Shown here: positions 59,043 through 64,000 of the stretch, piece by piece
Numbering within the stretch: position 1 is the stretch's first letter
How the letters are laid out: each line of letters begins with the position of its first letter
Position numbers and translations under genes: made by a program
Source of the DNA: an uncultured Chloroflexia bacterium
Lineage (GTDB): Bacteria; Chloroflexota; Anaerolineae; Anaerolineales; UBA4823
DNA: 64,000 bases
Assembly (NCBI GenBank): GCA_963793095.1
Contig: CAWBYY010000011.1
Location: forward strand, 277,034 to 341,033
Reading direction: 5' to 3'
The notes under the pieces: generated by a model
The model's database searches: none
The model's input: the letters and a program-made list of their open reading frames with translations, nothing else
Told to the model about the DNA's origin: nothing

Positions 59043-59201
59043 GGGTTGAACTCCTGAAGGGGTTGTCTGGTTGTTTAAACAATTGGAAGTATAGAATATT
59101 GAATCTTTCCAACATGGAGTTGTTCAATATGGTATCACCGTTGGAAGGGTTGGAAAAGGGGATTCTGTTTCAAACAAATTGCCCGGGAGGTTGGGTATCA
59201 T

Positions 59202-60212
59202 TTAAGGGTTAAGGATAATCTTTATGCTATTAAGATACAGGATCTGGTCCCCATTGGCTCCGGTTGTAAAGACCAGAAGCCGGGCGGGGGTTCTTGCGGC
59301 GGTCGAATAGGGCACTTCTACGCTGTAACTGCGGGGTCCGCGCTCCTGGTTCCCCGAATCCTCAACCCATTTATATCCCAACCGCCTGCCTGCGCTGGAG
59401 ATCAGTTCCACCTGCAGCGGAAAAGGCACTTCGGGTTGGAGGGCGCCGGATACAGTCAGTGAGCCGCCTGAGATAATCTCACCTGCGCCGGGCTTGAGGA
59501 TAGTGATTGGCTCCGGCCCGTTTTGGGCTTCCAGCAGCACCTGATCGCCGTCCTTAAGCAGCGTGATACCGGTCGAGGTAAGCGCCAGTACGCGCCCGTA
59601 AAGGTCATCGGCACTGATGAACAGGCGGGCAGGCTGTTCGTCAGCCCGAATCTCAAACAGCAGGGGGATGGATAAAGTTGCTGAAGACCAGGGGAACTCG
59701 CCGGTGGATTTTAAGACTCTGGACAGCAGCCGCCCGTCCTCCCCGCGCAGTTCAATCCGGATCAGATTTGCATCTGTGAGATTGAGCTGGGCAACGACCT
59801 GGATGGGAGAGGTCACCCTGGATCCAGGATTAGGATTGAATATCTGGATTGGAGCGGCGCTTGAAAGGCCTGGTTGTGAGGATTCATCCTGTTCCGGGGG
59901 GGATCCAGATGGGGTTGGTGTGGATTCAGTCAGGCTTGAGGGTGGGCTGGTGGGGTTTTCGCTTCGCGTGGTTAAGGGTTTGGAAGCGCGGGTGTTCTGA
60001 CCTGGAGTGTCCGTCAAAACAACACGAATGGGTCCAGCTTGCGGTTCTGTTTCCGTCGATTGTTGAGGGAGGGCGTTTTCAATTTCGGACGGTCTGGAAT
60101 CCGGTGCGCATCCGGCGAATACGATGATTAAAAGGAAAATAAAATAGATAAGCCGGGAAGATATTCGCACAGGCAGAAAATTCCGTTTCGATTTTTCTTT
60201 ATGAATAAGCAA
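59202..60212 (-). CDS. Lipoprotein with a Ser/Thr/Pro-rich linker and two Gmad2-like Ig-fold domains
   Basis: Lipobox VFAGC. Two repeats of I..P.PG..V.SP..V.G (IQIFNPNPGSRVTSPIQVV; ITILKPGAGEIISGGSLTVSG). Confidence 0.6.
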   Translation of the reverse strand: MLIHKEKSKRNFLPVRISSRLIYFIFLLIIVFAGCAPDSRPSEIENALPQQSTETEPQAGPIRVVLTDTPGQNTRASKPLTTRSENPTSPPSSLTESTPTPSGSPPEQDESSQPGLSSAAPIQIFNPNPGSRVTSPIQVVAQLNLTDANLIRIELRGEDGRLLSRVLKSTGEFPWSSATLSIPLLFEIRADEQPARLFISADDLYGRVLALTSTGITLLKDGDQVLLEAQNGPEPITILKPGAGEIISGGSLTVSGALQPEVPFPLQVELISSAGRRLGYKWVEDSGNQERGPRSYSVEVPYSTAARTPARLLVFTTGANGDQILYLNSIKIILNP

Positions 60213-60268
60213 AGCCTCCCGGTTAGTGCTGGTTTTGCCCGGAAGGCTTTGCGGTTCAGGCGACCGGA

Positions 60269-61771
60269 TCAGAGCTTATAAATCTGGCTGTATTTATTAT
60301 TCAGATACCGCATATACGGTACCGGATCAATCTTCGACCCGGTGATGCGCATTATCAGGTCCTGGGGTTCGTACTTTGCCCCATGGCGGTGAACCTTACG
60401 CCTCAGCCATTCCAGCAGTTCGCCGAATTGCCCTTTTCGGACCTGATCAGGGAGATTGGGGATGTCCTGCTGGATCAATTCCCACAACTGGAGCGAGATA
60501 AGATTGCCGAGGGCATAGGTCGAGAAATATCCAATCAGCCCGCTTGACCAGTGTACATCCTGGAGCACTCCATCGGCATCATTCGGCGGGGTCACCCCCA
60601 GAAACTGCTCCATTTTCGCATTCCAGGCTTCAGGCAGGTCTTTCACTTCCAGGCTTCTTTCCATCAGTGCGATCTCAAGTTCTAGCCGCAGCATAACGTG
60701 CAGGTTGTAAGTGGCCTCGTCCGCTTCAACTCTTATCAACGAGGGCTCTACCTTATTAATGCCACGGTAAAAATCCTCAAGGCTGACGTTGCCGAGCTGG
60801 GCTGGGAAAGTGTCCTGCAGGCGTGGGTAATAAAATTCCCAGAAAGGCATCGATCTGCCGAGCAGGTTTTCATACATACGGGATTGGGATTCGTGCAGCG
60901 CCAGGGAAGCGCCGGAGGCAAGCGGTGAGCGGGCAAGAGCGTGGTCGACACCCAGTTCGTAAAGGGCATGCCCGGCTTCATGCATGCTTGAAAACATCCC
61001 TGCGGTCAATTCATCCGGGTAAATGCGGGTTGTAATCCTGACGTCATCGCTGCCATTTGACTCGGTGAACGGATGGGCGGCTCTGTCCTGCCGGCCGCGG
61101 TTCCAGTCATAACCGAAAGCCGTTATCACGCTTACCCCAAAATCCCATTGTTTGCGGTCGTCAAACTCTCCTCTTAAAAAGGAGTCGTCCACCTGTGGCT
61201 TTTCAGAAATCGCTTTTATCAGTTCCACCTGTTGCGGGCGCAGCGTTTTGAAAATTTCCTGCACATCCGCAGTTTTCAGACCGGGTTCAAAATCGTCCAG
61301 AATGGGGTCATAGACGTGCTCGTATGGAACAAAAAAGGCCGAATACTCCCGGCGCAGTTCAAAAATTCGCTCCAGGTTGGGCTGGAAACCTGCAAAATTG
61401 TTCTCTGACCTGGCTTTCTCCCAGACCTGGTGGGCAACCGTGGTCTCGCGGGCAAAATTTTCCACCCATTCCGAAGTGACCCTGGTCTGCTTTTTGTACT
61501 CCCGGTCGCTTACTTTGATCAGGCAGGCATCATCCGAATCTGGATCAAGCTGTTTTAGATCAGCGACCAGATCTTCGATTAATTGCCCGACCTGATCGGA
61601 GGTGAATTTATTATGGGCGATCTTCTCGAGTGTTGCGATTTGGTGTCCGCGGCCTTCAGCACCGGCGGACGGCATGTATGTTTGTTGATCCCAGCCAAGC
61701 AGTGCCGCCGCTGAAGAAAGATCATAGACCTCGGCGAGGATGGCTTTAAGCTGGTCCAGTTTTTCCTGCAT
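60269..61771 (-). CDS. M32 carboxypeptidase (Taq-type)
   Basis: 500 aa: HEAGHALYE zinc motif, HESQSR, DVHWS. Confidence 0.9.
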   Translation of the reverse strand: MQEKLDQLKAILAEVYDLSSAAALLGWDQQTYMPSAGAEGRGHQIATLEKIAHNKFTSDQVGQLIEDLVADLKQLDPDSDDACLIKVSDREYKKQTRVTSEWVENFARETTVAHQVWEKARSENNFAGFQPNLERIFELRREYSAFFVPYEHVYDPILDDFEPGLKTADVQEIFKTLRPQQVELIKAISEKPQVDDSFLRGEFDDRKQWDFGVSVITAFGYDWNRGRQDRAAHPFTESNGSDDVRITTRIYPDELTAGMFSSMHEAGHALYELGVDHALARSPLASGASLALHESQSRMYENLLGRSMPFWEFYYPRLQDTFPAQLGNVSLEDFYRGINKVEPSLIRVEADEATYNLHVMLRLELEIALMERSLEVKDLPEAWNAKMEQFLGVTPPNDADGVLQDVHWSSGLIGYFSTYALGNLISLQLWELIQQDIPNLPDQVRKGQFGELLEWLRRKVHRHGAKYEPQDLIMRITGSKIDPVPYMRYLNNKYSQIYKL

Positions 61772-61816
61772 TTATTACCTCCTGAAATTTAATAGTTTTG
61801 TTAAACTCCGCGGTTT

Positions 61817-62758
61817 TTATACTATCTCCCAGCGGAGAGGTTTCCCTTCCAGCGCTGCAAGCACTTCCTCTGCGATATCCTGTGCGATGCGCAGCGAGGC
61901 AGACCGGGTCTGGGCGCCGATATGGGGGGTGGCGATTACATTTGGATGTGTGACCAGATCGCTCTCACCGGGTGGTTCCTGGTCGAAAACATCCAGCGCG
62001 GCCCCGGCAACATGGCCGGAATTGAGTCCTTCAAGCAGGGCAGCTTCATCGATAATGCCGCCGCGAGAAGTGTTCACAATATAGACGCCTGTTTTCATCC
62101 GGGCGATAGCCGCCCGGTCGATCATCCCGCGGGTTTCCCCTGTCAGTGGAACGTGGAGGGTCAAAAAATCAGACATGGAGAACACCTCCTCCGGGGAGGA
62201 TGCATCTGCGCCGCTGCTTTTTATCTGGCTGGCGGGTTTGCAGTTATCGCAACCCAGGACAACCATGCCCAGCCCATCGGCCATTCTGGCAACCAGCGAG
62301 CCGATATTGCCCACACCGATAATACCGATCGTCCTGCCAAACAGTTCGATTCCGGTGAGCTGTTTCTTTGGCCACAGACCGGACTTCATCTGGCTGCTGG
62401 CGAAGGGGATGGAGCGGGCAAGCGCGAACAGCAGGCCGATTGTCAGCTCAGCCACAGACTGGCTGCTGGCAGTCGGGGTGTTAACCACTTTTATCCCTTT
62501 TTGCCTTGCCGATTGAATATCAATATTATCCACCCCAACCCCGGCCCTGCCGATCACTTTCAGCTGCCTGGCTGAATTGATCAATTCTGCATCCACTCTG
62601 GTGCGCCCGCGCACGATCAAAGCATCGTAATCCGCTATAATTTTCAGTAGATCGCCCGGGGGGATACCTGAACGGTCATCAACCCGGGCTCTGTTGTTCA
62701 ATATATCCTTGCCGGTTTCTTTCACGCCGTCGGTGATGAGTATTTTCCAGTCGGGCAT
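61817..62758 (-). CDS. D-isomer-specific 2-hydroxyacid dehydrogenase (phosphoglycerate dehydrogenase-like, short form)
   Basis: GIIGVGNIG NAD-binding loop, RGGIIDE, TPHIGA. Confidence 0.8.
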   Translation of the reverse strand: MPDWKILITDGVKETGKDILNNRARVDDRSGIPPGDLLKIIADYDALIVRGRTRVDAELINSARQLKVIGRAGVGVDNIDIQSARQKGIKVVNTPTASSQSVAELTIGLLFALARSIPFASSQMKSGLWPKKQLTGIELFGRTIGIIGVGNIGSLVARMADGLGMVVLGCDNCKPASQIKSSGADASSPEEVFSMSDFLTLHVPLTGETRGMIDRAAIARMKTGVYIVNTSRGGIIDEAALLEGLNSGHVAGAALDVFDQEPPGESDLVTHPNVIATPHIGAQTRSASLRIAQDIAEEVLAALEGKPLRWEIV

Positions 62759-62973
62759 ATCCGCATACTGCGCTGTGGTTGTTTACGGTTCGTGGATGGA
62801 AATTCCGCTCCAGGCGCCTACCGATTTTACCGCAGATTATCTCTTCCGGATGTCCGCTAAAAAGTTATCTGGAAACTGGCCGGTTGGATTTATTTATAAT
62901 CCTTAGCACCTGCTCCGTATTAAGGGAAAATACTTGAGAAATATTCAATAAAGGAAAATGTGGAGATAGTTTA

Positions 62974-63333
62974 ATGACCGACCAGTCAAAAACAGAGTTT
63001 TGTGTTGTCCTGATCACCGCGCCGTCTGAAGAAGTCGCCCGGAAAATTGCTTCTGACCTGCTGGCGAAGAAACTGGCGGCATGTGTGAATTTGGTACCGA
63101 CGGTGAGTTCTCTCTACCACTGGAAGGGAGAAATCGTTGAGGACCAGGAAACCCTGATGATCGTAAAATGCCGGAGCGAATTATTTGAAGGAGAAGTTGT
63201 AGCGGCTGTCAGGCAGAGCCACCCTTATGAAGTTCCGGAAATTATCGCGCTGCCGGTGGTTCAGGGGGCGCCGGATTACCTTGCCTGGATGAGAGAGGTG
63301 ACAGCAGGCCGGGACAGGCCAATTCACTCGTAG
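62974..63333 (+). CDS. cutA: CutA1 divalent-cation tolerance protein
   Basis: 119 aa: LAACVNLVP.VSSLYHWKGEI, HPYEVPEI. Confidence 0.85.
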   Translation: MTDQSKTEFCVVLITAPSEEVARKIASDLLAKKLAACVNLVPTVSSLYHWKGEIVEDQETLMIVKCRSELFEGEVVAAVRQSHPYEVPEIIALPVVQGAPDYLAWMREVTAGRDRPIHS

Positions 63334-64000
63334 CGCAGGGCTTCAACCGGCTCAAGGCTGGCAGCCCGGTTTGCTGGATAAAGCCCGAAGAACAGTCCCA
63401 CGGCGGCCGAAAACAGAGTGGCAAGCAGGATCGTGTCCACCCCAATCGAAGGGTTCAGCGGGGTGTCGTTTGCCGCGGCTATCTGCCCAACAGCCTGTGA
63501 AATCAGCACACCCAACCCAATCCCGATGATTCCCCCAAACATGCTCAGCAAAGCCGATTCGGTCAGGAACTGGACGAGAATATCCGCCCTGCGGGCGCCC
63601 AGAGCTTTGCGCAGGCCGATTTCGCGGGTGCGCTCTGTGACAGATACAAGCATGATATTCATGATGCCAATCCCGCCGACAAGCAGCGATATCGCTGCAA
63701 TCCCGCCCAGAAAGATTGTCAGCACACCGGTGATCGTGCTGGCTGTGTCGAGGAAGTCCTGCTGGGTCAGGATGGTGAAATCGTCCGCTCCGATTGCGGT
63801 CCGGTGGCGGGTGCGCAGGATGTTGGATATTTCTTCGCTGGCGAACGGAACCGCCTGCGAGTCAAACGCCTGGACAATTACTGCATCGACCTGATCCGGG
63901 TTTGTCCGCCGCAGCAGGCGCGTTTGGGCGGTGCTGAGCGGGACGAGCACCTGGTCATCTTCATTGCCAAAAGTAGAGCCCCCTTTCGATTCCAGGATCC
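63324..64000 (-). CDS. MacB/FtsX-family ABC transporter permease, C-terminal part; 5' end outside window
   Basis: The frame stays open to base 64000. FtsX domain with TM helices and the REIGLRKALGA motif. Confidence 0.85.
   Translation of the reverse strand, partial: ILESKGGSTFGNEDDQVLVPLSTAQTRLLRRTNPDQVDAVIVQAFDSQAVPFASEEISNILRTRHRTAIGADDFTILTQQDFLDTASTITGVLTIFLGGIAAISLLVGGIGIMNIMLVSVTERTREIGLRKALGARRADILVQFLTESALLSMFGGIIGIGLGVLISQAVGQIAAANDTPLNPSIGVDTILLATLFSAAVGLFFGLYPANRAASLEPVEALRYE

Overview
Bacterial chromosomal window of about 60 genes. The backbone is GC-rich and mostly housekeeping: the 3' end of a Clp/Hsp100 chaperone gene, acyl-CoA dehydrogenases with EtfBA, UvrA, PriA, TrpS, Dtd, MtaB, ApgM, GGT, SelD, polyphosphate kinases, a CysM/CysO/Mec/MoeZ cysteine pathway, a KamA-type aminomutase, an M32 carboxypeptidase, PGDH and CutA. 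At roughly 4.0-16.1 kb this backbone is interrupted by a visibly AT-rich block. The block encodes a DeoR-linked sugar/ABC-transport locus that is heavily degraded: many frame breaks, three nonsense codons in a GatZ/KbaZ-like gene, and a tandemly duplicated substrate-binding-protein gene. The six-frame track hides four things. (1) selD is UGA-recoded, with Sec at the position of E. coli Cys17. (2) A SelW/Rdx-like CxxU protein, translationally coupled to trpS, is also UGA-recoded; both genes have a SECIS-like hairpin directly 3' of the UGA. (3) A Trp-specifier T-box-like leader precedes the selW-like/trpS pair. (4) A long structured leader with mutually exclusive helices and a terminator precedes the cysM operon. 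Other notable modules are two paralogous SH3b-like Cys-rich surface proteins followed by a GT-C (PMT/ArnT-like) glycosyltransferase, an octaheme HAO-like cytochrome c with a polytopic membrane partner and a perfect palindromic operator candidate, and a CHAD-PPK1-PPK2-PPK2 cluster. Six otherwise conserved genes carry a single frame break and three more carry several. Most breaks coincide with short homopolymer runs, so many may be sequencing or assembly errors rather than true pseudogenes. I recognised no rRNA, tRNA, CRISPR array, transposase or integrase by eye. The taxon cannot be established from the window; the gene content gives only a Chloroflexota-like impression.
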